Below are positions 48,046 through 57,409 of a stretch of 64,000 bases of DNA, piece by piece (position 1 is the first letter of the stretch; each line of letters begins with the position of its first letter). The notes under the pieces are model-generated. The model was not told where the DNA came from, did no database searches, and saw only the letters and a program-made list of their open reading frames with translations. The stretch lies in the NCBI GenBank assembly GCA_043802485.1, contig JAZDKZ010000001.1:32001-96000 (forward strand), given 5' to 3'. Both the position numbers and the translations under genes were made by a program. Source of the stretch: Candidatus Aenigmatarchaeota archaeon (GTDB taxonomy: Archaea > Aenigmatarchaeota > Aenigmatarchaeia > Aenigmatarchaeales > Aenigmatarchaeaceae).

Positions 48046-48163
48046 TTTAATATATTGAACAAAAAACTTTAAATTCTTATTTTTAAACACAGTTAAAAAA
48101 ATAATAAAGAAAAAGATAAATTAAAAAATCATCTTCTCCTTCTCTTAGGTTTTCTTCTAGCCT

Positions 48164-48514
48164 TTATTTGGAACTCGGGTTGTTCTTCATAAGACCAAAT
48201 GTGTTTCCTTGCGGGTCTTTGAAATAAGCCAAGTAACCTACACCTGGAACAGTCATCTTTTCTGTCAATAATGTACCTCCAGCATTCTTTACATTTTCCA
48301 AGGCCTTGTCAATGTCATCAACGTCTATCGTATTGATTGCAGGATTGTTCTCCTTGTTCAGACCGCCGTCAATTCCAGGACCTTCGCCCGTTTTAATCAT
48401 CCAATAATTCATTGGTCCCCATTTTTCAAATTTCCAACCAAAAACCTTACTGTAGAAGTCGATTAAATTCTCAGGTTCCTTGCCAAATATTTCGAAATGT
48501 ACTACTCTACTCAT
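48164..48514 (-). CDS. VOC/glyoxalase family protein
   Basis: VVHFEI, FYSKVFGW, FKDPQGN. Confidence 0.92.
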   Translation of the reverse strand: MSRVVHFEIFGKEPENLIDFYSKVFGWKFEKWGPMNYWMIKTGEGPGIDGGLNKENNPAINTIDVDDIDKALENVKNAGGTLLTEKMTVPGVGYLAYFKDPQGNTFGLMKNNPSSK

Positions 48515-48560
48515 CTTACCACCCCATATCTTAATAAATTTTGATTTTATTTATATCATT

Positions 48561-49526
48561 ATGATCTGCTTAGGTATTGAATCAACTGCACATACTTTTG
48601 GCGTAGGTATTGTCAAGGATAACGAGGTTATAGCAGACGAGAAGATGATGTACATCCCTCCAAAGGGTTCTGGTATAATTCCAAAGGAGGCTGCTCAGCA
48701 TCACATTGAAAATTTCTCTTCTGTTCTGGAGAAATGTCTGGAAAGTGCAAACATGAAGATGAGTGACATTGATACTGTCGCCTTTTCTCAGGGACCTGGA
48801 TTACCACAATGTCTGAGGGTAGGTGGTGTTGTTGCAAGGACTCTGGCACTAAAGCACAAAAAACCTCTTATAGGCGTCAACCATTGCCTTGCGCATATTG
48901 AGGTTGGAAAGATATGTACCAGTTGTAAGGACCCTGTTGTTCTTTACCTTTCAGGAGGCAACACACAGGTGATAGCCTTTACAGAAGGCAGGTACAGAGT
49001 CTTTGGTGAGACGCAGGACGTGCCTATCGGCAATGCTCTTGATATGATAGCCAGGAGCTTTGGTCTGTCGATGCCAGGCGGCCTACACATCGAGCGCCTG
49101 GCCAAAGACGGAAAATACATCGAGCTTCCCTACGTTGTGAAGGGAATGGACCTTTCATTCTCCGGTCTGGCTACAGAGGCCATAAGGAAATACAAGCAGG
49201 GTGTAAGCAAGGAGGATGTTTCTTATTCTTTCCAGGAGACGTGTTTTGCCATGCTGGCAGAGGTTGCTGAAAGGGCAATGGCCCATACAGGCAAGGAGGA
49301 GCTGCTTCTGGTTGGTGGTGTTGCCGCCAATATACGATTGCAGGAAATGCTCAAGATAATGTGCGACGAGCGCGGAGCGAAATTCTTTGTTGTTCCTATG
49401 AAATACTCCGGGGACAACGGCTCCATGATAGCTGTGACAGGGGCGATATACAACAGACCCATAAAGATCGAAGACAGTGACGTCAGGCAGAAGTGGAGAG
49501 TGGACGAGGTCCAGATAGACTATTAA
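48561..49526 (+). CDS. kae1: KEOPS t6A synthase Kae1
   Basis: LGIESTAHT, NHCLAHIE, SGGNTQ, DNGSMI. Confidence 0.97.
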   Translation: MICLGIESTAHTFGVGIVKDNEVIADEKMMYIPPKGSGIIPKEAAQHHIENFSSVLEKCLESANMKMSDIDTVAFSQGPGLPQCLRVGGVVARTLALKHKKPLIGVNHCLAHIEVGKICTSCKDPVVLYLSGGNTQVIAFTEGRYRVFGETQDVPIGNALDMIARSFGLSMPGGLHIERLAKDGKYIELPYVVKGMDLSFSGLATEAIRKYKQGVSKEDVSYSFQETCFAMLAEVAERAMAHTGKEELLLVGGVAANIRLQEMLKIMCDERGAKFFVVPMKYSGDNGSMIAVTGAIYNRPIKIEDSDVRQKWRVDEVQIDY

Positions 49527-50133
49527 TATTTCTCCTTGTCATATCAACAATTTGAAACGGACTAAACAATATAATTTCTTTATCATGACTTGTTCTGTAG
49601 CTTATGATAAGATCTTTTCTGAAGGCTTCTTCTATCATATTATCCCCTTCCATGATTAACTCGCCTGGGTTCTTCATTAAAATCCTTGCGCACTTTGTTG
49701 ACAAGAGATTATTTTTAGAAGCTATAGTTGTTGAAACGGACAAATTAGATGATTTTAATCTGTTCTGTAGAAATCCATCTAACGAATCATGGTGGGAATA
49801 TACATTGACACGATCATATCCTCTTTTGTAGCTAGCAACTCTTGAATAGTTCTCTGGTTTTATTTTCAACCTTTTAGAATAGTCCTCCAAATCTTCCAAA
49901 GGCACGGTTTTGTTGAAACCTTTTGGCTTGCCCCCAAAAAATATATCCTCATAAATATCGCTATAATATTGGTTAATTTTTGCGGTATCACCAACTTGTT
50001 TAAATCCCTTACAATCATGTAGCAAAAAATACATTCCCATCTGAAAATTCCTAGCCGATAACGCTTCAGGTTTACTTGATGCTATCATTTCAAAGTTTCT
50101 TTCTACCTCTTCTATCTTTTGATTAAAGTCCAT
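49483..50133 (-). CDS. hypothetical protein (AT-rich)
   Basis: 216-aa ORF; 3' end overlaps kae1. Confidence 0.6.
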   Translation of the reverse strand: MDFNQKIEEVERNFEMIASSKPEALSARNFQMGMYFLLHDCKGFKQVGDTAKINQYYSDIYEDIFFGGKPKGFNKTVPLEDLEDYSKRLKIKPENYSRVASYKRGYDRVNVYSHHDSLDGFLQNRLKSSNLSVSTTIASKNNLLSTKCARILMKNPGELIMEGDNMIEEAFRKDLIISYRTSHDKEIILFSPFQIVDMTRRNINSLSGPRPLSTSA

Positions 50134-50157
50134 GAAACTATTAGAAGAGAAAACAAT

Positions 50158-50547
50158 TTAAGCAGTTTGAACATTGATCATTTTCTTCAGCTGCTTTCTA
50201 TCTTCAAGGAGCTTTTTATAGTCGTCATAGTTCCTCACCGCCCTGAGGAAAACGATATTCCTTTCCTTTGTCACACAGTAGACGATATGCTTTTTGCCTC
50301 TTTTTGCCCTGAATATCAAGTTGTCATTGATGTTCTCCTCGAACTTGTGCAGTTCGTGGAACTCTGTATGTGAGCAGTTCAGGACATCCTTTACTATCGA
50401 GTCTATCTCCTCTTGGTCCTTCAGGTCCCTTTCAAAGTGCTTTGATATCACAACTTCTTTCAGCAGGGGTCTTACTCTCATGAAGTGGCTGTTGCAGCTG
50501 TCGCAGAAATCCTTTCTTACAGAGCATGAGTTTTCCACCTTGTGCAT
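50158..50547 (-). CDS. RelE/ParE-like fold protein with Cys/His-rich N-terminus
   Basis: VVISKHFERDLK...FRAKRGKKHIVYCV pattern. Confidence 0.55.
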   Translation of the reverse strand: MHKVENSCSVRKDFCDSCNSHFMRVRPLLKEVVISKHFERDLKDQEEIDSIVKDVLNCSHTEFHELHKFEENINDNLIFRAKRGKKHIVYCVTKERNIVFLRAVRNYDDYKKLLEDRKQLKKMINVQTA

Positions 50548-50598
50548 AAACTGAATAATGAGGCTTGAAATTTAAGTCTTCTTGTCCAATATTTTACA

Positions 50599-51120
50599 AT
50601 GGGTGTGTCTGACATGGAAATTGAAAAAATGGATAAAGATATAGAAGATTTGTCTTATGTAGTAACATTTAACGAAGAAACAAGAGAGCTGGCCAAGCAT
50701 TTCAAAAGGAAGCCCAACCGAGCGATAGAAGTTGTATATCTTAGGAAACTTTAATGAATTACGTAAAGACTACAACTTCATTCTTAAATATTTAATAAAT
50801 GAAAAATGTTCTATGAAACACAAGAAAGAGAACCTTGTTGTTCTAAAGTACGCAACAAATGAATGCTACACAAATGTTGTAAAAGTCGATAAAGTAGATC
50901 CCAAAGATTTTTCGATAGACCTAGAAAAAGGCACTTGGTCTTTTGATGAATGGAAAAATAATAAAATCGGGAGTATGAGAAGCCTTTACGGTAATCCTTT
51001 GGCTGTTCAAAAAGAACATATGGTGTGATAGGTGTATATGACAGAACAATCACAAAACACCTTGACAGAATGGTTCATGCTTCTAAAGAAGCAACGACTG
51101 ACTACAGTAATGCAGATTAA
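50599..51120 (+). pseudogene. hypothetical AT-rich gene in three fragments
   Basis: overlapping ORF pieces 50599-50754, 50732-51028 and about 51013-51120, joinable by single-base frameshifts. Confidence 0.4.
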
Positions 51121-51169
51121 ATTTAAAATCAATAAATGTGTTTAAATCTTTTTCTAACCCTTTATTGAT

Positions 51170-51400
51170 ATGGTGAGAAGAACAGCATGGTCCGAAATAT
51201 ATAAGACGACAAAATTCGTGGAAAGCATTGTTGACAATGTTCTCAAAAACAAAAAAGTGCAGATGAGCAGAAGGGATGCCACTAAAATATTGTATTCCAT
51301 AGTTAATTCAGGAAATCAATATCAGAACTTTGCTAAGATTGTAAGAGGAGACGTGCAATACAAAGAACATGTAAAGGAAGAATTCTTCAACAGAAAATAG
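51170..51400 (+). CDS. hypothetical protein
   Basis: 76-aa ORF with upstream TTTAAA. Confidence 0.5.
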   Translation: MVRRTAWSEIYKTTKFVESIVDNVLKNKKVQMSRRDATKILYSIVNSGNQYQNFAKIVRGDVQYKEHVKEEFFNRK

Positions 51401-51421
51401 CAAAAACTTCCTGATAGTAAT

Positions 51422-53305
51422 TTACTTCAGCCTGATTGTTTCCAGATTCTTCGGGCACAGTGTCTCTGTTCTGAAGAACTTGTGTAGAGTCTTTGAAAGG
51501 TCCAAGCACTTGGAGCTTTCTCCATGATCAACGATTATCCTCTCAGGCTTCTGTTTCAGCCTTGACAAGTAATTCAATATCTGTTTGTGATCAGAGTGGC
51601 CGCTCAGGCCGCGCACGTTGAATATCTCTAGGTTGACTGGCACGGCAGTGTTCCTGCCGTTCTTGCTTTCCATAGGCACTTCCTTCCAGCCTTTCTGTAT
51701 CCTCCTTCCAAGGCTTCCCTCTGCTTGGTAGCTGACAAAGACTAGGCCGTTCTTCTCGTTCTCTGCCAGGTTCTTTAGCCACCAGACGCTAGGCCCGCCC
51801 ACTAACATTCCAGAGGTTGCGATGATGGCGCACGGCTCGCCTGCTTCCAGTATCTTCTTTCTCTCCTCTGCAGAACCGATCCTCTTGAATATCGGGTTGG
51901 TGAAAGGGTTCTCTCCTTTCTGAAGGATTAGAGTTTGCAGCTCCCTATTAAAGTACTCCGGATAGGCTGTGTGAATAGCGGTCGCGTCCCACACCATGCC
52001 GTCAATGTAAATAGGATAATTGAAGCCTGATCTTGACAGCATTGCCATGACGTCCTGTGAACGCTCGACAGCAAAGCTGGGAACAAGAACAATGCCTCCC
52101 CTGTCGCATGTCTTCTTGCACGCTTCAACTAGTTGCGCCTCAGACTCTGCCCTTTTCGGACTAATGTCTTCCCTTGCCCCGTAAGTCGATTCTGTTATAA
52201 CAGTTTCAGCCCTTGCAAAGTTGGTGCTTGCTGGCTCGAACAAGGCTGTTCGATCGAACTTGTAGTCAGAAGTGTAAAGCACGTTGTGGAAGCCGTTGCC
52301 CACATGAATATGAATCAGAGAGCTTCCCAGTATATGTCCAGAGTTCAACAAGGTAAGACGCATGTCAGGAGTGATGTCGGAAACTTCGCCATAGTTCAGG
52401 CATATCGAATGCTTCACAGCTTCCTTTATTCCCTTTGTTGTGTAAGGCGGCGTCTTGCCTTCCCTCTGTGTCAGCTCGATATAGTCCATGCACAGAAGAA
52501 CCATCAGGTCCCTTGTGGGAGCTGTCAGGTATAGAGGGCCGTCAAAGCCCATCTCGTACAGCAAGGGGACCATGCCGCAGTGGTCCAGGTGCGCGTGAGA
52601 AAGAACTATGGCATTTATCTTTGAAAGGTCTGCCTCGGAAACTGTCAGATACGGAAACTCGTTTGAACCAGGCTTTATGCCGCAGTCCATCATGACCCTG
52701 CTTTCTGGCGTCTGAAGTATCAGGCACGACCTGCCAACTTCCCTGAAGCCGCCCAATGCTGTCAGTCTGACCCATTCTGTCTCCTTCCAACCGCTGTGTA
52801 TGTGCTTGCCCACCTTGTCCAGGAAATCCTTCCTGAAATCAGACTCTTTGTACATCAAGTCCCTCAGGACTTTGACAATGTCCGACGGTATGACCGGAGC
52901 CCTCTTCACTATCGGGAGCCATGAAGTTTGCTTCCTTATCTCCCTCAGCGTCTCTCCGCCTTTGCCTATCACCAAGCCAGGTTTTTCTGCCTCTATGGTG
53001 ATAGAACCGAAAGCAGGCTCAAAGTCCATGTCCACCAGTCCTGCTTCTTTGGGAACCAGCTTTTCTATTATTATCTTTGAAGCCTCGGCGTCCAGGCATA
53101 TGGAAGGGTCAGGTCTTAGAATCACCCTCTTCTTGAGAGTAGAGACAAGCCTCTTTATTTCCGGCGGGTCTGACGTGAAAAAGTCCTTGTTCTTTGTGTA
53201 AAGGACTATCTCGCATCCTTCATACCTTATGTCAGATATGTCCGCGTTGCTTGGCAGACTCTTTTTTACTTTTTCGAATAGTTCACTTGTTTTTTCCTCA
53301 ACCAT
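51422..53305 (-). CDS. fttA: beta-CASP ribonuclease aCPSF1 (FttA)
   Basis: two KH domains, HAHLDH, GHILGS, SGHSD; linked to psmB. Confidence 0.96.
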   Translation of the reverse strand: MVEEKTSELFEKVKKSLPSNADISDIRYEGCEIVLYTKNKDFFTSDPPEIKRLVSTLKKRVILRPDPSICLDAEASKIIIEKLVPKEAGLVDMDFEPAFGSITIEAEKPGLVIGKGGETLREIRKQTSWLPIVKRAPVIPSDIVKVLRDLMYKESDFRKDFLDKVGKHIHSGWKETEWVRLTALGGFREVGRSCLILQTPESRVMMDCGIKPGSNEFPYLTVSEADLSKINAIVLSHAHLDHCGMVPLLYEMGFDGPLYLTAPTRDLMVLLCMDYIELTQREGKTPPYTTKGIKEAVKHSICLNYGEVSDITPDMRLTLLNSGHILGSSLIHIHVGNGFHNVLYTSDYKFDRTALFEPASTNFARAETVITESTYGAREDISPKRAESEAQLVEACKKTCDRGGIVLVPSFAVERSQDVMAMLSRSGFNYPIYIDGMVWDATAIHTAYPEYFNRELQTLILQKGENPFTNPIFKRIGSAEERKKILEAGEPCAIIATSGMLVGGPSVWWLKNLAENEKNGLVFVSYQAEGSLGRRIQKGWKEVPMESKNGRNTAVPVNLEIFNVRGLSGHSDHKQILNYLSRLKQKPERIIVDHGESSKCLDLSKTLHKFFRTETLCPKNLETIRLK

Positions 53306-53353
53306 AGAGTCACTTTAGAATTCTGTCAATAATCAAATAATATGAAAATAAAA

Positions 53354-53962
53354 TTACATGTACTTTTTGAGTTCCTGCTCGCTCAGTTCTCTGAAGCCGC
53401 TCTTGTCAATTACGGCGACCTGTAAGCTGTCTCCGCCGGATGCGATGTCCCTCTGTATTGCGGCTTTTACTGCTCTTACTGCCAAGGCGATTGCCTCTTC
53501 AACAGTCATGTTCTCCTTGAACTCTGCTTCCAAAACACCGTAGACGAAAGGCGAACCAGAACCTGTTGATTGATAGCTATCGTTGCAGTCATAAGCACCG
53601 ACCGGATCAAAAGAATAGATACGCGGTTCTGTATCAAAACCAGCCATTATGAACTGGTTCATATAAGGATAATACTTGGAACCCTGCAGAATGTTTGACA
53701 AAAGGGCTGCAGCTGCCTTTAATGTTATCGGACCCCTTTCCAGTTTGTACAGTTTGAATTGGGCCTTTAGCAGCCTTACCATTGCCTGTGCGTCCCCTGC
53801 CATGCCTGCTATTGTGAAGCCGATGTGGTCGTCCAGTTGGAAGAGCTTTTGAGACCTTTTCGAAGCTACCATGTAGCCCATGCTGGCCTTTCTGTCCGTA
53901 GCCAAGACAACAGCGTCTTTAGCAATCATTCCCAGTGTTGTTGTTCCTTTTTTTGTTTCCAT
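53354..53962 (-). CDS. psmB: proteasome beta subunit
   Basis: KG|TTT, TGSGS, RDIASG. Confidence 0.97.
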   Translation of the reverse strand: METKKGTTTLGMIAKDAVVLATDRKASMGYMVASKRSQKLFQLDDHIGFTIAGMAGDAQAMVRLLKAQFKLYKLERGPITLKAAAALLSNILQGSKYYPYMNQFIMAGFDTEPRIYSFDPVGAYDCNDSYQSTGSGSPFVYGVLEAEFKENMTVEEAIALAVRAVKAAIQRDIASGGDSLQVAVIDKSGFRELSEQELKKYM

Positions 53963-54024
53963 TAGTTCACCAGAATTTGACAATTATGATATTATAGAAT
54001 AAATGTATATAAAGATTATGGTGA

Positions 54025-55479
54025 TTAGTATGATTTCGCCATGTAGACGACTTGATTTGCCTTTTTGCCGCATAGAGCGCAGTTTCCCTTGGCTTGCTCT
54101 TCTTTGCCGAAAACAGTTCCTCTTATCGTTCCCCCACTGGTCTCTGCCTTTGCCGCATCTGCGCATTCTACGTTGCCGCACCAGCTGACTTTTACAAGCC
54201 CGCCCTTGTTTTCCAAAATATCCTTCAGTTCTTTCATGTCTTTGGCTTCTCTTATGTTCTCCTTGAATAGTTTGTCCGCTTTCTCTGTTAGATACTTCTG
54301 CACAGAATCCAATAATTTGTCTATCTCTTTCTTCATTTCCTTCTGCTTTACCATCAATTTCTTGCCAGTATCTCTTCTTACCAGAACAACCTGCTCCTTC
54401 TCAATGTCCCTTGGGCCAATCTCTATCCTTATCGGAACTCCCTTCAATTCCCAGTAGTTGAACTTCCATCCTGGCGTGTACTCGTCCCTTTGGTCGAATG
54501 TTATTCGGAAAGATTTTTCAAGTTCTTTCAGAACATCCTGGCATTTCTTGTAAACGTTCTCCTTTTCCTTGTCCTCGTAATATATCGGAACTATGACAGC
54601 TTGCTGTGGCGCTATGGCAGGTGGTAAGACCAAACCCTTGTCGTCTCCATGTATGGCTGCCAGCGCTCCCAGTATTCTCCAAGCGGCAGGGCCGTAGCAT
54701 GTCTGCCAGCCGTGCTTCTTCTTCTCGTCCTTGTCTAGGAATTCTATATTAAAAGGCTTGGAAAAGTTCTGGCCCAGCAGGTGGGTTGAAGGCAGTTGTA
54801 TCGTCTTTCCGTCAGGCATAAGCGTGTCTGCCGCGAAAGTGTCAACCGCGCCTTTGAACTTGTCATGCTGGGGCCTTTTGAAGAATATGAATGGAATGGC
54901 GAATTTCTCATGCAAGGTCTTTTTCGTTGTTCTCATGTCCTCCACCACCTGTTTTTCTGCCTCCTCCTTGGTGGCGAAAACATCATGAGCCTCTATCCAG
55001 AAGAACTCCCTGCCTCTTAAGAAAGGTCTTGTATAGCTCTCGTATCTCCAGACCTGGCAGTTCTGATATGTTTTCAAAGGCAGGTCCCTCCAGCTTCTCA
55101 CCCAGATGGAGAACATGGTGTACATGGCCGTTTCCGAGGTAGGCCTTAGAGCCAGCTTTTCTTCCAGTTTGTCATAGTTGCGGCCGCCCTCTGTTATCCA
55201 GAAAACCTCTGCTGAGAACTTTGCATGCTCCTTCTCCTTTTTCAAGAAAGACTCAGGAATGACAGCCGGGAACCAGACAGGCTCGTGCCCGTTCTTCTCC
55301 AGCTCCTCCTCTATGAAGCTGTTCATTAATTTCATTATCTTCACAGACCACGGCCTATGAACAAGAAAGCCCTTTATGTTGTACCTCATGTCTGCCAGTT
55401 CTGACTTTTGGACTATCTCTGTGTACCACTCTGAAAAGTTATCCTTCTTCTTGAATGTTATTCCCAGTTCCTCAGACAT
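54025..55479 (-). CDS. proS: proline--tRNA ligase (archaeal/eukaryotic type)
   Basis: FSEWY, LRPTSET, WELKGVP, terminal Tyr. Confidence 0.97.
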   Translation of the reverse strand: MSEELGITFKKKDNFSEWYTEIVQKSELADMRYNIKGFLVHRPWSVKIMKLMNSFIEEELEKNGHEPVWFPAVIPESFLKKEKEHAKFSAEVFWITEGGRNYDKLEEKLALRPTSETAMYTMFSIWVRSWRDLPLKTYQNCQVWRYESYTRPFLRGREFFWIEAHDVFATKEEAEKQVVEDMRTTKKTLHEKFAIPFIFFKRPQHDKFKGAVDTFAADTLMPDGKTIQLPSTHLLGQNFSKPFNIEFLDKDEKKKHGWQTCYGPAAWRILGALAAIHGDDKGLVLPPAIAPQQAVIVPIYYEDKEKENVYKKCQDVLKELEKSFRITFDQRDEYTPGWKFNYWELKGVPIRIEIGPRDIEKEQVVLVRRDTGKKLMVKQKEMKKEIDKLLDSVQKYLTEKADKLFKENIREAKDMKELKDILENKGGLVKVSWCGNVECADAAKAETSGGTIRGTVFGKEEQAKGNCALCGKKANQVVYMAKSY

Positions 55480-55527
55480 TTGACTCACTTTAAATTTCAT
55501 TTGATACAATTTAAATCTTTTAAGAAA

Positions 55528-56133
55528 TCACATATTTTTTATTATTTCATAAAGCTCTGTAAAATTACTTGCTATCCTGTCGTTATTAATACTTCTCAAT
55601 ACGCTTGGTTTTTGACATCCCCAACTAACGCCCACAAATTTCATGCCTATTCTTTTAGCAGCTATGGCATCCGCATCAGTATCCCCTACGTAAACACAGT
55701 TTTCTATTTTTGACCCCAATTTTTTAACAGCTAGAAGTAAACTCTCTGGGTCTGGCTTTAGTAATTTGACATCGTCTGAAGAGATTATTACCTTAAACGT
55801 TTCCGACAGACCATTCTTTTTGATTTCACAATCTACAATATCGAATCCAGTGGATGTGACAATTGCCAGCTTGTAACCATCGGCTTTCAATTTTTTAAGG
55901 TAATCTTTTGTTCCTTTAAACAGTTCTGTGCCAAACTTTTCTATAAGACCTTTCCATACACCGTCTTCAGGTTCTTCCTTGCCCTCTTTTTTCAAGAACG
56001 CCCTCCAATCAGAATCATAGTTCTTTATCACATATCCCAACGGTTTGCCAAGGATCACCGTATACGCATTATAGACTGCTTTCATGCTATTTACGAGAGT
56101 TCCATCATAATCATGAATAACACATGTGATCAT
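55528..56133 (-). CDS. HAD family hydrolase (AT-rich)
   Basis: DYDGTL, KPDP, VGD. Confidence 0.9.
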   Translation of the reverse strand: MITCVIHDYDGTLVNSMKAVYNAYTVILGKPLGYVIKNYDSDWRAFLKKEGKEEPEDGVWKGLIEKFGTELFKGTKDYLKKLKADGYKLAIVTSTGFDIVDCEIKKNGLSETFKVIISSDDVKLLKPDPESLLLAVKKLGSKIENCVYVGDTDADAIAAKRIGMKFVGVSWGCQKPSVLRSINNDRIASNFTELYEIIKNM

Positions 56134-56206
56134 AAGTAAAGTTCGATGGTTCAGAAATTTAAACCTTTATTAATTTTTAGTTACATTAACTATTATTCGT
56201 GGTTCT

Positions 56207-57409
56207 ATGCAGATAGGTATATTTTCTGACTGCCACTGTGGCTACAAGTACGGTGAGGAGAGAGGTGAGGACAGCTTTATCGCTTTAGAAGAGGCCATCG
56301 ACAAGACTCTTGATTGTGACCTTATTCTAATAGCCGGTGACCTGTTCGACACGAGGATACCAAAGCCGGAGGTTTTTGCCAAGACTGCGAGGATACTGAG
56401 CAAGGCCCAGCACTTTCCGTCAAGAACGAAATTGGTGGAGATAATAAACAAGGAGAAACATGAGCTTTCTCCGCTGGCTTTCAGGGGCATACCCGTCGTG
56501 ATGATACATGGCACGCATGAGAAGAGGAGCAAGTACACCATAAATCCCATACAGACACTGGAGAATTCGGGTCTGATAGTCCATCTGGACTGTGCCACAG
56601 CTGTCTTTGACATTGATGGCGAGCGCGTGGCAATACACGGCATGAGCGGCGTCTCAGACAGGTATGCCATGGACAGATTGAAAGAATGGGACCCAAAGCC
56701 TGTGGAAGGCGCAAAGAACATATTCATGATACATCAGTCCATTGACCCGTACATCTACTCGCCGCTAGAACCACCGACCATAAAGATAGAAGACCTGCCC
56801 AAAGGCTTTGACATCTACGTTTTAGGGCACATGCACTGGAACGAGATAAGGGACCTTCATCAGGGCAGGCTTATACTTTGCGGCAGCACGACGCCGACTT
56901 CATTGCACAAGATAGAGGCTGACCAGCCCAAGTGCATCTTCAAGTACGACGGCAACATCATAAACAAAATAGAGCTGGAGAAGCAGAGGAAGATATTCTG
57001 GAAGGAATTCGACTTTGAGCCCAACATAAAGGAGAACATAGAGAACTATGTCCAGACCATCTCGATGACAGACAAGAAGCCAATAGTGAACATAAAGGTG
57101 AAAGGTCTGGTGAGGAAGGAGAACATGCTACCCAAATTCTCCGAGATAGAGGAAAAGTTCGGCGGCAAGTCAATCCTTAACATAAACAAGAACCTGGATG
57201 TGGAGGGACTGCAGGAGCAGATCGAGATGCTGAAGACTTTCAAAAGCAACAGGCTTTCACCCGAGGAGCATGGCTTGAACATACTCCAGAAGAACCTGGA
57301 GCAGATGAACTGCAAAATCAAAATTGATGATATTTTCGAATATCTGGTCGAAGGTAATATTGATATGATATTCAATCTTTTAACAGGCAACCAAAAGAGA
57401 TTAGAATGA
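56207..57409 (+). CDS. mre11: DNA double-strand break repair nuclease Mre11
   Basis: SDCH, AGDLFD, HGTHE, LGHMH; upstream of rad50. Confidence 0.93.
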   Translation: MQIGIFSDCHCGYKYGEERGEDSFIALEEAIDKTLDCDLILIAGDLFDTRIPKPEVFAKTARILSKAQHFPSRTKLVEIINKEKHELSPLAFRGIPVVMIHGTHEKRSKYTINPIQTLENSGLIVHLDCATAVFDIDGERVAIHGMSGVSDRYAMDRLKEWDPKPVEGAKNIFMIHQSIDPYIYSPLEPPTIKIEDLPKGFDIYVLGHMHWNEIRDLHQGRLILCGSTTPTSLHKIEADQPKCIFKYDGNIINKIELEKQRKIFWKEFDFEPNIKENIENYVQTISMTDKKPIVNIKVKGLVRKENMLPKFSEIEEKFGGKSILNINKNLDVEGLQEQIEMLKTFKSNRLSPEEHGLNILQKNLEQMNCKIKIDDIFEYLVEGNIDMIFNLLTGNQKRLE

